From Nitrosopumilaceae archaeon (lineage in GTDB: Archaea; Thermoproteota; Nitrososphaeria; Nitrososphaerales; Nitrosopumilaceae): a stretch of DNA of 24,000 nucleotides. The translations under genes and the position numbers were made by a program. The notes under the pieces were generated by a model. The model worked only from the letters and a program-made list of their open reading frames with translations. It was not told where the DNA came from and did not search any database. The stretch spans positions 1 to 24,000 of the forward strand of contig DASYXK010000001.1 in assembly GCA_035935115.1 (NCBI GenBank). Direction: 5' to 3'. This document shows, in pieces, positions 7,050-15,938 of this stretch; within the stretch, counting starts at the first letter, position 1, and the number at the start of each line of letters is the position of its first letter.

Positions 7050-7194
7050 CCTTTTTACCGTTTCTCAAGTTTGTACAAATACTACAAAGTAAACATGAAA
7101 CAATTTGAAAGGATTGTCTGGAAAAATTCCTAAAGTATAATTTGAAAATATGTTAAGATTTAATAAAATTAAAATTATAGAAAGAAAAATCTTT

Positions 7195-8700
7195 CTAGGT
7201 TTCACTCATGTTATAGGCTCTTTCTCCTACTTGCGAGATATCCAAGCCTATTTCTTCTTCTTTTGGTGTGACTCTAACACCACCGGGCCAAATCACATCT
7301 TGAATCTTCCAGATCAAGAGCGTTATACCAAAGGCCCATGTTGCTGCAAATCCTGCGCCTATTGCATTAACCAGTTCTTGTTGAGGATTGCCAAAGAACA
7401 AACCATCGTTTGCAAATGGGTTAATGCGTTTTTCACTAAATGCACCAGTCAATAGTGCACCAACAACACCGCCCATACCGTGTACTGGCCAAGTGTCCAA
7501 TGCATCATCTATCCTTCTCCTATTCTTTATTATCAAACAATAGAAGCATACTGTTGCACAAGCAAACCCTACTATTATTGAAGCATAGACTCCTATGAAT
7601 CCTGACGCCGGCGTAATTGCAACTAGACCTGCTACTGCACCAGCTGAAGCACCCATTGCACTAGTCTTTCCAGTGTGAGCCCAAGCGAGGAATACCCACC
7701 ACATTGCTGCAACTGCAGTAGCAATGTTAGTATTTTGGAATGCTTCTGTCTCCAAGAAACCTGCAAAGCCTGCACTTCCTGGGTTAAAACCGAACCAACC
7801 AAACCAAAGTAAAGTAGCACCCAACATGACCAACGGAATTGAATGTGGTTCAAATGGTGCTTTACCATATCCTATTCTTCTTCCTAGAAACATTGCTGTT
7901 GCTAATCCTGCAAATCCTGATGTGATGTGGATGACTGTACCACCTGCAAAGTCTTCAGCACCAATGTGAGCTAACCAGCCTACTGCAGTTCCTTGACTTC
8001 CTAATGACCAGTTTGCATGACCTGCAACATCATAAATGAAAGTGGTCCATAGTACTACATGTATCATAAATGCACTCATCTTTACCCTATCTGCATAACC
8101 CGCTATAGCTAATGCGGGTGTGATGGCAGCGAACATGAGTTGGAACATTACATATGCCAAATGTGGAATAGTGGGAGCATATACATCTGCAGGTGCATTA
8201 GTGAATACATTATTCAACCCAACCCAATCAAAATTCCCAATAAAACCATATGGATCAGCACTTGGACCAAACATTATGGAGTAGCCCCATACTACCCATT
8301 GAATACTAACTATAGCATAAACCAAAAAGTTCTGTAAAATAACTGTTAATGCATTCTTTCTTCTTGTCATACCACCATATAGGAATCCTACACCACCAGG
8401 AGTCATTATCATGACGAAGGATGCAGCTGCATACATGAATGTAGTATCACCAGTATCAATGCATGGAGCATTACTTCCTCCAAAAGTTCCATTGCCTGGA
8501 GGTTTCATTGGCTGAGCACAATGTATCTCTGTAGTCGCGTTTGGATTAGCTAATTTGTTTATTGAACCAAATTGAGCATGTGCGTCTTGAATTGCTGTAA
8601 ATCCTGCAACTGTAACAAGTAAAGCTGCTACTGCAAAAACTAATGGCCATTTATTTTTAGTTACAAATTGAAATGATGTTGCTTGTAATGCTCCTGACAT
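7195..8700 (-). CDS. amt: Ammonium transporter, Amt family
   Basis: 501 aa with typical Amt blocks (FLYGGMTRRKNA, AGGTVIHITSGFAGL, WFGWFGFNPGS, DDALDTWPVHGMGGVVGALLTG). It has an N-terminal signal or anchor helix, then a ~45-aa extracytoplasmic stretch containing two Cys. Confidence 0.95.
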   Translation of the reverse strand: MSGALQATSFQFVTKNKWPLVFAVAALLVTVAGFTAIQDAHAQFGSINKLANPNATTEIHCAQPMKPPGNGTFGGSNAPCIDTGDTTFMYAAASFVMIMTPGGVGFLYGGMTRRKNALTVILQNFLVYAIVSIQWVVWGYSIMFGPSADPYGFIGNFDWVGLNNVFTNAPADVYAPTIPHLAYVMFQLMFAAITPALAIAGYADRVKMSAFMIHVVLWTTFIYDVAGHANWSLGSQGTAVGWLAHIGAEDFAGGTVIHITSGFAGLATAMFLGRRIGYGKAPFEPHSIPLVMLGATLLWFGWFGFNPGSAGFAGFLETEAFQNTNIATAVAAMWWVFLAWAHTGKTSAMGASAGAVAGLVAITPASGFIGVYASIIVGFACATVCFYCLIIKNRRRIDDALDTWPVHGMGGVVGALLTGAFSEKRINPFANDGLFFGNPQQELVNAIGAGFAATWAFGITLLIWKIQDVIWPGGVRVTPKEEEIGLDISQVGERAYNMSET

Positions 8701-8775
8701 CTCTTCGAATTCTGTACTGCAACTATAAAAGGTATTTTATCCTAGAAATTTTTTTTTATGATATAATGTTAAATT
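8689..8775 (-). repeat. Copy A of a duplicated promoter-plus-start module (amt)
   Basis: Aligns without gaps to 12084-12170. It contains TTTTATA (8724-8730, read on the minus strand) 23 nt upstream of the amt ATG, a TTCGAA palindrome, and the first four codons (MSG..). Confidence 0.8.
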
Positions 8776-8891
8776 TCAGTATCTCCTGATCGTGTACATA
8801 TTAGAAATTAATTTTAGAAAATTGACATATATCTTAAAATTATAAAATATTTAAGAAAAATTATTATACTAGACAAGTGGCTATAGTTTTT

Positions 8892-9056
8892 ATGTCAGAA
8901 GCAGGATGGGCAATATACATAGCAACAGCAGCTACTACTGCAATTACCATTGCAATTTATTTTGCAGAACGTGCCTACAGATACAAACGAGTAAAGGAAA
9001 ACAAACATGCTGGAACATATGGATTCAACTTTGAATCGCATGGAACTCATGAATAG
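8892..9056 (+). CDS. Possible 54-aa single-pass membrane protein
   Basis: Hand-translated: MSEAGWAIYIATAATTAITIAIYFAERAYRYKRVKENKHAGTYGFNFESHGTHE, stop TAG at 9054-9056. It is below the ORF-track size cutoff. It is the only coding-like stretch in the 452-nt spacer upstream of amt. Confidence 0.3.
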   Translation: MSEAGWAIYIATAATTAITIAIYFAERAYRYKRVKENKHAGTYGFNFESHGTHE

Positions 9057-9152
9057 AACAAACAGCAACAAATCCTATTTTTTGTAAAGACAAGTAAAAA
9101 TTATCTTTTTATAGATAGACTAATTTGAAGCAGTAAAACATCTACTAAGATA

Positions 9153-9635
9153 GTGAGAGTAAATTTAGAAGAAGATGAGCGCATGATTGCAGCATTACCA
9201 AAAATCTGGGCAATCATACCTGGATTGAAGGGGTTTTTCAATAAAAGCAAGGAAGGAATTCTGGCTCTAACAAACAAAAATCTAATCTTTGTTCCACGTT
9301 ACCTGTATGTTTCACCAAAAGAAAGGGAAAAATATTTTGGTGAAGATAAAGTAAAAGTAACACAACTATGGGACTATTCTGAAACTCAACTTGATGAAGA
9401 CATTTCTGAGAATCCAAAAAGCTGGATTATGCCTTTAGATGCCATTATTGAAGTTAGTCAAATTACATTACGGAAGGTAAATTTCATGAGAATAAAATTT
9501 TCTAAAGACGGAAAGGAAAAAATGTATGATTTTGTAATAGCTAAAAGTGTGACCAACTATCCTATTAGACAACCACTTTTGTATTATAATGTAGATTGGA
9601 CTGCATGGATGGATTTGTTAAAATCGCATATTTGA
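9153..9635 (+). CDS. Hypothetical protein, possibly a PH/GRAM-like fold
   Basis: 160-aa ORF with a GTG start; an alternative ATG lies at 9183. The segment KEGILALTNKNLIFVPR, followed by several beta-like strands, resembles bacterial PH/GRAM domains. This is weak and from memory. Confidence 0.55.
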   Translation: MRVNLEEDERMIAALPKIWAIIPGLKGFFNKSKEGILALTNKNLIFVPRYLYVSPKEREKYFGEDKVKVTQLWDYSETQLDEDISENPKSWIMPLDAIIEVSQITLRKVNFMRIKFSKDGKEKMYDFVIAKSVTNYPIRQPLLYYNVDWTAWMDLLKSHI

Positions 9636-9692
9636 AATTTTATTTTGATTTTCTAGATTTAAAATTATAAAAACAGTACAAAAAATTGAAAT

Positions 9693-10169
9693 CTAATTTT
9701 GGTCATCTTGTGTACCATGAAGAATCTTTCTAGATCTACTAACAATAAAATCTAGTTCAGCGTCAGATTCATTTAGGAATCTTATGTCCGTAATTCTTTT
9801 TGTGTATTTGAATATTTCAAGTTCATATGAATCACCTTTTGCTTTGTATAATGCCAAACCAAAGTTAGCAGCCCCATCATAATCTTCTTTAAATCTCTTG
9901 TAATTATCAGATATTTTGAGAAATTTTAAGAAAACCCATGTTGCAAGTAAAATACGCGATTCACAGTAGAGAACAAATTCAAATGAATCCTCTTTTTCAA
10001 CAAATCTAATTTTAATCTCATCATCTGGCCAATATTTTATAACTTTCTTCCATATAGTAGGGATTTTTTTTCTTTCATCAAAAATTAAAAGAATTCTGGG
10101 TCTCACATCATAGAAATGATAACCCACACCAAGAAAATCATCATACCAATTTATCTTTGAATCAACCAA
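9693..10169 (-). CDS. Hypothetical protein (158 aa)
   Basis: Long ORF in AT-rich DNA. TTG start with no nearby ATG. No motif recognised. Confidence 0.5.
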   Translation of the reverse strand: MVDSKINWYDDFLGVGYHFYDVRPRILLIFDERKKIPTIWKKVIKYWPDDEIKIRFVEKEDSFEFVLYCESRILLATWVFLKFLKISDNYKRFKEDYDGAANFGLALYKAKGDSYELEIFKYTKRITDIRFLNESDAELDFIVSRSRKILHGTQDDQN

Positions 10170-10306
10170 ACCTATCTTGGCACGTCATTGCTCATATTTA
10201 ATGATTAAATATTTTATCTTAGATTTTTATTTGTTAAAATTACTAGTAAAAATTTTGATCACATACACCTATTATTTTTATATAAGATTAACACAGTTGT
10301 AAATCA

Positions 10307-10531
10307 TTGAGAGTTTCTAAAATAAAACCACTAGATGAGCTTCTCAAGATGAGTAAAGAAGAATTATTTGAATATCTGAAAGAATCTGAGAGTTCCATGC
10401 AATCAACAGATTCTATTGAAATAGTTCCTTTCGAACATGGAACAAAGATACTTTACTATCACAAAGACCAAACCAAACCATACAAAACTCGTGCATATCT
10501 TAACAAGGTTGAGGATTCAGATCTATTGTAG
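10307..10531 (+). CDS. Hypothetical small protein (60-74 aa)
   Basis: TTG start at 10307, or ATG at 10349 (MSKEELFEYLK...). No motif recognised. Confidence 0.35.
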   Translation: MRVSKIKPLDELLKMSKEELFEYLKESESSMQSTDSIEIVPFEHGTKILYYHKDQTKPYKTRAYLNKVEDSDLL

Positions 10532-10572
10532 TTAATAGAAGTACATAATTCTGACGACGCCCATTATATTAT

Positions 10573-11334
10573 ATGGTAAAGGTGAAATCAAATGCTGAGA
10601 GATGGGCGTTTATTGATGCAATTCACGATTGGTTTTTTCCAAAGAGTAGGTTTTGGGGTTCGATTAGTTTATTTTCATTTTTTTCCCTAATCATTTTACA
10701 AATTATTTTTTCCATTGCGAGTGGCATCAACCCAAGAACCAGACAAGAAACAGATTTTCTAGTACTACCATTTCTAGCTTTATTTGTATTTAGTATTTTT
10801 TGGCGAGGTTCAATACCAACTTTTCTTTCCTTAACTGGTTCGTTGATGACGTATACAGGTATGTATTATATTCAAGCAAAATATTTCGATCTGCAAAATT
10901 TGCCTCCAACAATTGCAAATAGATTAGGGTATGGCATTATTTCTGAGAGTCATTTTCATATAGACCAATACGCTCAACTTTATTTTCTTTCAGGAATATT
11001 TTTTCTCACATTATGTTTGGTGATATCTCTCAAACCATCATTTTTTAGAGCCAGGGGAGCAAAATATTCACCATATCCTATTTGGAAGAGCAAAGATTCA
11101 AAAGTAATATCAAGTAAAAATTCTGCAAGATTAATTCCTGTCTCAAGTTTGCTTAACTTTGCAGAGCAACACATAGCTACTACATACAAATACATCACAC
11201 TAATGATTGATGGAACTATCTATTTTGTTTCTCCAGATGATTGGATACCACAAGGATCTAACATTATCAGAGACAAAGAAACGGGTTCTCTTATTGGAAT
11301 ACCTAAGGTTTCTGATGGATTTAATATTTGGTAA
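10573..11334 (+). CDS. Hypothetical integral membrane protein with a C-terminal soluble domain
   Basis: 253 aa. About four or five hydrophobic helices in the first 160 aa, then a roughly 90-aa hydrophilic C-terminal region. No motif recognised. Confidence 0.65.
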   Translation: MVKVKSNAERWAFIDAIHDWFFPKSRFWGSISLFSFFSLIILQIIFSIASGINPRTRQETDFLVLPFLALFVFSIFWRGSIPTFLSLTGSLMTYTGMYYIQAKYFDLQNLPPTIANRLGYGIISESHFHIDQYAQLYFLSGIFFLTLCLVISLKPSFFRARGAKYSPYPIWKSKDSKVISSKNSARLIPVSSLLNFAEQHIATTYKYITLMIDGTIYFVSPDDWIPQGSNIIRDKETGSLIGIPKVSDGFNIW

Positions 11335-11345
11335 ATAATTTTATT

Positions 11346-12095
11346 TTATAGTATAGAATCTTTTGCTTTTAATTCACGCCATTTGCCGCGAGCCCAGAAT
11401 CCCCATTTTTGCTTATCTTCTGATGGATAAAAGCACTTTTCGTTATGTGCACAACCCATACATCTTGTTGATGGTTCTAGAGCTGGTATCACGTTATTAT
11501 TTAACAACGTATTGAGAATACGCGCTCTTCGTTTAGTTTCACCAAAAAGTTTCTCACTTTTTGGAACAATGAATTCCATTTCATTACCATCTTTATCAAA
11601 ATAGACAATAACACCCTCTGGCTTCTCAAACATGTGTAAGTAGGAATTTAATTGTATGAAATGCTCAGCATGTGGCATTTCTGGTAATTCTTCTGCTGCT
11701 CTAAACATCATTACTACATCATCCTCTACTCTATCTGCACGACCAACTAGTTTTATTTTAGAATCAATTTCAATTACTCCCTCAGAAGGTCTTTCTAATA
11801 CACTGAGAGCACTTTTTTCCATTATTTTTGACATCATTTGTTTATGTGTTCGTTCTGTAGGAGATTTACGGTCAAGGTATGCACTTCTGAGACATCCACT
11901 AACCTCATCTACAGATATTTTACTTTCATCATTTAAGTTTGGATTAATTACTGCAAATACTTGCTCGATTACATCATAGACATCAACTTTAGCTGGAGCA
12001 TCACTTGCAGCTCGATAATTTTCAATTCCTTCTTTGATTTTATCTTGAACTTTTCCTAAAATTTTTTCTTTTTGCACTTTTTGTACTCCAGACAT
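11346..12095 (-). CDS. Cas4-like / RecB-family PD-(D/E)XK fold protein with a four-cysteine Fe-S cluster signature; no CRISPR context
   Basis: N-terminal Cys in a Cas4-type context (VSGCLRSAYLD), GRADRV (the motif II Asp), a QLNSYLHM (QxxxY) motif and a C-terminal CMGCAHNEKC (C-x2-C-x5-C). The expected E-x-K strand reads VVMMFRAA. Confidence 0.8.
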   Translation of the reverse strand: MSGVQKVQKEKILGKVQDKIKEGIENYRAASDAPAKVDVYDVIEQVFAVINPNLNDESKISVDEVSGCLRSAYLDRKSPTERTHKQMMSKIMEKSALSVLERPSEGVIEIDSKIKLVGRADRVEDDVVMMFRAAEELPEMPHAEHFIQLNSYLHMFEKPEGVIVYFDKDGNEMEFIVPKSEKLFGETKRRARILNTLLNNNVIPALEPSTRCMGCAHNEKCFYPSEDKQKWGFWARGKWRELKAKDSIL

Positions 12096-12170
12096 CCCTT
12101 CGAAATCTGTTCTACAACTATAAAAGGTGTTTTATCGTAAAAAAAATTTTTTGTGATATTATTTTTAATT
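12084..12170 (-). repeat. Copy B of the duplicated promoter-plus-start module (Cas4-like gene)
   Basis: By hand count, 61 of 75 intergenic positions are identical to copy A, including 36 of the 41 nearest the ATG. In addition, 10 of the first 12 coding nt are identical. TTTTATA lies at 12119-12125, 23 nt upstream of the ATG. Confidence 0.8.
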
Positions 12171-12239
12171 GAAATTTTTTGTATAAATTTTAGCAATACT
12201 TTAATAAAAGCGATTGATATGTGGTTTGGGTTATAAATT

Positions 12240-12584
12240 ATGAAAAAAATTGAAGCAGTAGTCCCAGCATCGAAAGTAGAAGTAGTCGCTTCTGCAATAC
12301 TAGAAACAGGAATTGGAGGTTTGACAATTTCCGATACAAAGGGAAGAGGTCAACTTGAAAGACCAGTATTTACGAGTGGAAGAGGAACTGGTGCATATAG
12401 ACCTGCGTTTAATGCAAATGCAACGATCATGGTCGTATCAAAAGATGATCTGGTCGACAAAATTGTGGAAAAGATTCTTTCTGCCGCAAGCACAGGAGCA
12501 ACAGGTGAAGGAAAAATCTTCATAACTGACGTAGCAGAAACTATAGATGTCGGATCTAAAAAACGTGGAGATTCCACACTTTAA
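12240..12584 (+). CDS. glnB: Nitrogen regulatory protein PII (GlnB/GlnK family)
   Basis: 114 aa. MKKIEAVVPASKVEVV..., a T-loop-length insert (KGRGQLERPVFTSGRGTGAYRPAF) and the GEGKIFITDV signature. It aligns along its whole length to classical PII. Confidence 0.93.
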   Translation: MKKIEAVVPASKVEVVASAILETGIGGLTISDTKGRGQLERPVFTSGRGTGAYRPAFNANATIMVVSKDDLVDKIVEKILSAASTGATGEGKIFITDVAETIDVGSKKRGDSTL

Positions 12585-12730
12585 TTTCTTTCAAAAAATT
12601 ATTTTGAAAATATTAAAAATAGCATTCATAGAACATGTGTAACATATTTTTGATCAATTAATCATGCTTTCCTTTAGGCAACATAAAACTCCATACAAAT
12701 CATTATAACTCTAACACATAGACTAACTCT

Positions 12731-13249
12731 ATGATTTGGCCTGGAATGGGCGATCCTACAAAGCGCAAAAAAACCCTCAAATTCTTAGCAATTACGGCAG
12801 CAATAGGTTTTGTGATTTATTTTGGCGGTCTTGAGATTCAGAATTACTTACATAAAGATGATCCATTATACCAATGCATAAACAACAGAAACATAAACTA
12901 CAAAATTTCTGCAACTTTAGAATTGACAATAGATGGAAAAAAAGCAGATATTCCAGCCAAGGTAGGGTTTGAAGGAGGATGCCAAAAATCACTATATACA
13001 CTTTCAAATGACGGAGTAATTTATGCAGTTTGGAACAATAAATATAGATTTGAAATTGGGCAATTCTTATGGGTTTGGAAATTTCCCTTACGTGACATGG
13101 ATGAAACTAAATCAAGGATACTTGTAAACGGAGTAGAATCACCAGACTTTATACACACACCACTTGAAGATGGAGCTCATTACAAGGCAGAATTCATTTC
13201 AAAAGCCTCGGAAAGCGGCAGTCCAAGCTTCACACCGCCTGGAACTTAG
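12731..13249 (+). CDS. Hypothetical membrane-anchored extracytoplasmic protein (172 aa)
   Basis: Basic N-terminus plus one TM helix (LKFLAITAAIGFVIYFGG), then a beta-rich domain with two Cys. No motif recognised. Confidence 0.6.
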   Translation: MIWPGMGDPTKRKKTLKFLAITAAIGFVIYFGGLEIQNYLHKDDPLYQCINNRNINYKISATLELTIDGKKADIPAKVGFEGGCQKSLYTLSNDGVIYAVWNNKYRFEIGQFLWVWKFPLRDMDETKSRILVNGVESPDFIHTPLEDGAHYKAEFISKASESGSPSFTPPGT

Positions 13250-13301
13250 ATAATATTCATTATCATTTAATTAGTGAAAAATAAGGAAAAAGAATGGAAA
13301 T

Positions 13302-13568
13302 TTACCAGTATTTTCCGTTGTCTGGTATCAAACCGATGCCTTCTTTCTCAAAGTGCTTGTCAAGTTCTGAGACCCATCTTTCTCTGGTATCTCCGCCTAG
13401 ACCGTGTACTCTAAGCCAGAATGCAATTACTCCAAGGAGGAATACTGCAAACATCATGGTCGCAAATATGTAGATCATGACATCATAGAACAATGGGTCA
13501 TAGTTTGGACCTATCTGACCAGCAAAGTTTGACAGCATACCTACGAGCATAGCAAATACAGCGCTCAT
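13302..13568 (-). CDS. Small membrane protein (88 aa)
   Basis: ATG at 13566-13568; the track's start is a TTG two codons upstream. Two TM helices. A pyrimidine-rich tract follows the stop. Confidence 0.5.
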   Translation of the reverse strand: MSAVFAMLVGMLSNFAGQIGPNYDPLFYDVMIYIFATMMFAVFLLGVIAFWLRVHGLGGDTRERWVSELDKHFEKEGIGLIPDNGKYW

Positions 13569-13665
13569 CAACAATCAAAACATTTCATGTATGATATATA
13601 CATTTCTGTTAAAGGAAAAACGATCTCATCTTACAATAGAGAATTAAAATAATAAAAAGGAAGAG

Positions 13666-13989
13666 TTAGTATGTTTTCTTTGCTTGTTTTGCTCTTACTA
13701 CAAAGGCAATGAAAATTCCACCGAATACTGCACCAACTGCTATTGATGAACCTAGTACACCATTTGCGTCAAGAACTGGAGTACCAGAACCAGTATGTGG
13801 ATTTGCTGCAGCTTCTGTTACTTTATTATGGGCTAGTCTCAACTGCTCCTCTAATGTAACGCCACCTTGTGAGTAAGCTGGGTTGCTGCTATATTGTGCA
13901 GCTGCCATAGGTAAAAATGCAGATGCCGCAAAGAGGCTCAGCAGAGCCACGCTAGTTATGATAGGTTTGTTCATATTAAGCACCTGCAT
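13666..13989 (-). CDS. Small secreted, C-terminally anchored protein (102-107 aa)
   Basis: Signal-peptide-like N-terminus (MNKPIITSVALLSLFAASAFLPMAAAQ), a C-terminal TM helix and a basic tail (VFGGIFIAFVVRAKQAKKTY). There are two in-frame ATGs, at 13989 and 13974. Confidence 0.6.
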   Translation of the reverse strand: MQVLNMNKPIITSVALLSLFAASAFLPMAAAQYSSNPAYSQGGVTLEEQLRLAHNKVTEAAANPHTGSGTPVLDANGVLGSSIAVGAVFGGIFIAFVVRAKQAKKTY

Positions 13990-14088
13990 GAAATGCGCGT
14001 TCGTTCATATTTAACTTTTGTGTCAAACGGTAAAAATTTTTGCAAAGTCTAAGTAACGTTTATGTTTTGCTCTACAGCCATGCGACCT

Positions 14089-14538
14089 ATGGGCAGAATG
14101 CATTCACACAGACATGGACAATCGCATTCGATCAGACCAGTTACACCCAGTGCACCAACATGGGTAAAACAGAGCCCTGCAGAAATTGAAGAATTAATTT
14201 TAAAATATGCAAAAGAAGGCCTAAAAACAAGTGAAATCGGAGTAAAACTCAGAGATCAGCATGCAATCCCACTTACTAAACTGATAGTGAAAAAATCCAT
14301 TACAGAAATACTTACTCAAAAAGGGATCAAAGCAGATATGCCTGAAGATCTGAATAATATTGTAAACAAGGCACTAGGTTTACAAAAACATCTCAAGACA
14401 CATACATCAGATAGACGAAATGTAAGATCTCTTGAGTTATTGGAAGCAAAAGTTCACAGGCTTTCTTCTTATTATAAAAAAATAGGCCGCATTCCTAAAA
14501 CTTGGAAATATAAGTCAGTCATAGCTCAACTTGAGTAA
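14089..14538 (+). CDS. rps15: 30S ribosomal protein S15 (uS15, archaeal S15P/S13e)
   Basis: MGRMHSHRHGQSHSIRP... is the typical archaeal uS15 N-terminus. The C-terminal block DRRNVRSLELLEAKVHRLSSYYKK is also typical. I prefer the start at 14089 over the upstream ATG at 14062, which lies inside a TTTATG element. Confidence 0.9.
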   Translation: MGRMHSHRHGQSHSIRPVTPSAPTWVKQSPAEIEELILKYAKEGLKTSEIGVKLRDQHAIPLTKLIVKKSITEILTQKGIKADMPEDLNNIVNKALGLQKHLKTHTSDRRNVRSLELLEAKVHRLSSYYKKIGRIPKTWKYKSVIAQLE

Positions 14539-15938
14539 TGACAAGCAAGCTTGATGCAGCGCTTTCCTACTTTCATGATAAAATATCAGATTGTATAAAA
14601 TCTAGCAGAAATATTTCAGTAATAACTCATCTTGATTGCGATGGAATAACATCTGGAAGTATTGTAACAAAATCCCTCATAAGATCAGGTGCTAAATGTA
14701 CGGTTAGAACAGTAAATGAATTCAACAAGAATTTAGTAGCTAGAATGAAAAATGATTCAAGAGAATTTCATATAATTACTGATCTTGGCGGCGGATTTGC
14801 AAATGAACTTGATTCTGGATTAGATGACAACTGGATAGTTGTTGATCATCATCAGATACCAGAAGAAGAATTTGATAATGAACGAGTAATTAACGCATGG
14901 AAGTATGATATTGATGGTGGTGTAGAGGTCTCAGCTGGCGGAATGGCATATTTGGTTTCAAAGGCATTACATAAAGAAAATACTGATCTTGCATGGATAG
15001 CTGTTGTAGCTGCTCTGGGTGACAGACAAGATCAAGGTGAAAAAAAATCCTTTTCTGGAATTAATCTAGATATTGCAACTACTGCTAAAAAAAACGGTCA
15101 AGTTGAAATTGATCTTGACATATTGCTGGTTGGGAGGGAGACAAGGCCACTTCCAGATGCTCTTGCTTTTACATCACATCCATTTGTAGAAGGTCTTACG
15201 TGGAATCGTGATGTATGTTTGTCATTACTGAATTCATCAGGAATTAAATTAAAAGATGGAAGTAGATGGCGTGTTCCCGCAGAACTTACTGAAGATGAAA
15301 AAAGAACTTTACTTCAAACAATTTCTAAATTTACAACAAGCAAAAACGCTACGGAAATAATGGATGAACTTGTCGGATACACATATACTCTTTCTGGTGA
15401 AGACAAACGTAGTTTTTTGCGTGATGCAAGAGAATTTTCCACTATGCTAAACTCCTGTGGAAGAATTCGTAAGGCTGGAGTTGGAATAGCAGTTTGCATG
15501 GGAGATAGAACAAAAATGTTAGAAGAGGGAGAAAATATTCTCTTAGAATATCGCACATTATTACGAACATATATGAACGCACTTTCAAGTGAGCGTTGGA
15601 GGGTAGTGGATAACGGCAAATACGTAATGGTAGATGGAGAAGGATTAGTATCAGAGAACATGACAGGTGCAGTATCTTCGCTTCTGGGCGGTTCACAAAA
15701 GAACACAGGCAAAATTATCATATTAAGAACAAGTGGGGAGGATGGCACGATCAAGTTTTCATCAAGAAAATCTACAGGATGTAAATCTGAAGTTAATTTA
15801 GGATTACTAATGAGAACATGTGCAACAAAAGTTTCTGGAGTTGGTGGTGGTCATAATGCAGCTGCGGGAGCTAGAATAACTAAAGACAAATTGGACGAGT
15901 TCTTAGGCTGTTTAGAAGAAAATGTCACTAGAGTGTAA
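14538..15938 (+). CDS. DHH-family phosphoesterase, archaeal RecJ/Cdc45-like (GAN-like) protein
   Basis: DHH motifs are present: THLDCDGITSG (DxD), ITDLGGG, VVDHHQ (DHH), and the DHHA1 motif GGGHNAAAGA near the C-terminus. The start overlaps the S15 stop (TAATG). Confidence 0.85.
   Translation: MTSKLDAALSYFHDKISDCIKSSRNISVITHLDCDGITSGSIVTKSLIRSGAKCTVRTVNEFNKNLVARMKNDSREFHIITDLGGGFANELDSGLDDNWIVVDHHQIPEEEFDNERVINAWKYDIDGGVEVSAGGMAYLVSKALHKENTDLAWIAVVAALGDRQDQGEKKSFSGINLDIATTAKKNGQVEIDLDILLVGRETRPLPDALAFTSHPFVEGLTWNRDVCLSLLNSSGIKLKDGSRWRVPAELTEDEKRTLLQTISKFTTSKNATEIMDELVGYTYTLSGEDKRSFLRDAREFSTMLNSCGRIRKAGVGIAVCMGDRTKMLEEGENILLEYRTLLRTYMNALSSERWRVVDNGKYVMVDGEGLVSENMTGAVSSLLGGSQKNTGKIIILRTSGEDGTIKFSSRKSTGCKSEVNLGLLMRTCATKVSGVGGGHNAAAGARITKDKLDEFLGCLEENVTRV

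Noticed and set aside
7150-8337. ORFs antisense to or out of frame with amt (7150-7455, 7632-7868, 7724-7969, 8140-8337).
   Set aside because: All lie inside the Amt coding frame, which has strong family motifs. They are shadow ORFs in a relatively GC-rich gene.
11656-11979. 107-aa ORF antisense to the Cas4-like gene. The same applies to similar antisense ORFs at 12350-12577, 15314-15754, 19710-20018, 21831-22286 and 22572-22811.
   Set aside because: Each lies within a longer ORF that has recognisable family motifs. The products are serine- and leucine-rich and of low complexity.
13666-13989. Possible archaeosortase (PGF-CTERM or PEFG-CTERM) sorting signal on the small secreted protein.
   Set aside because: The C-terminus has a TM helix plus a basic tail, but no PGF or PEFG motif precedes the helix.
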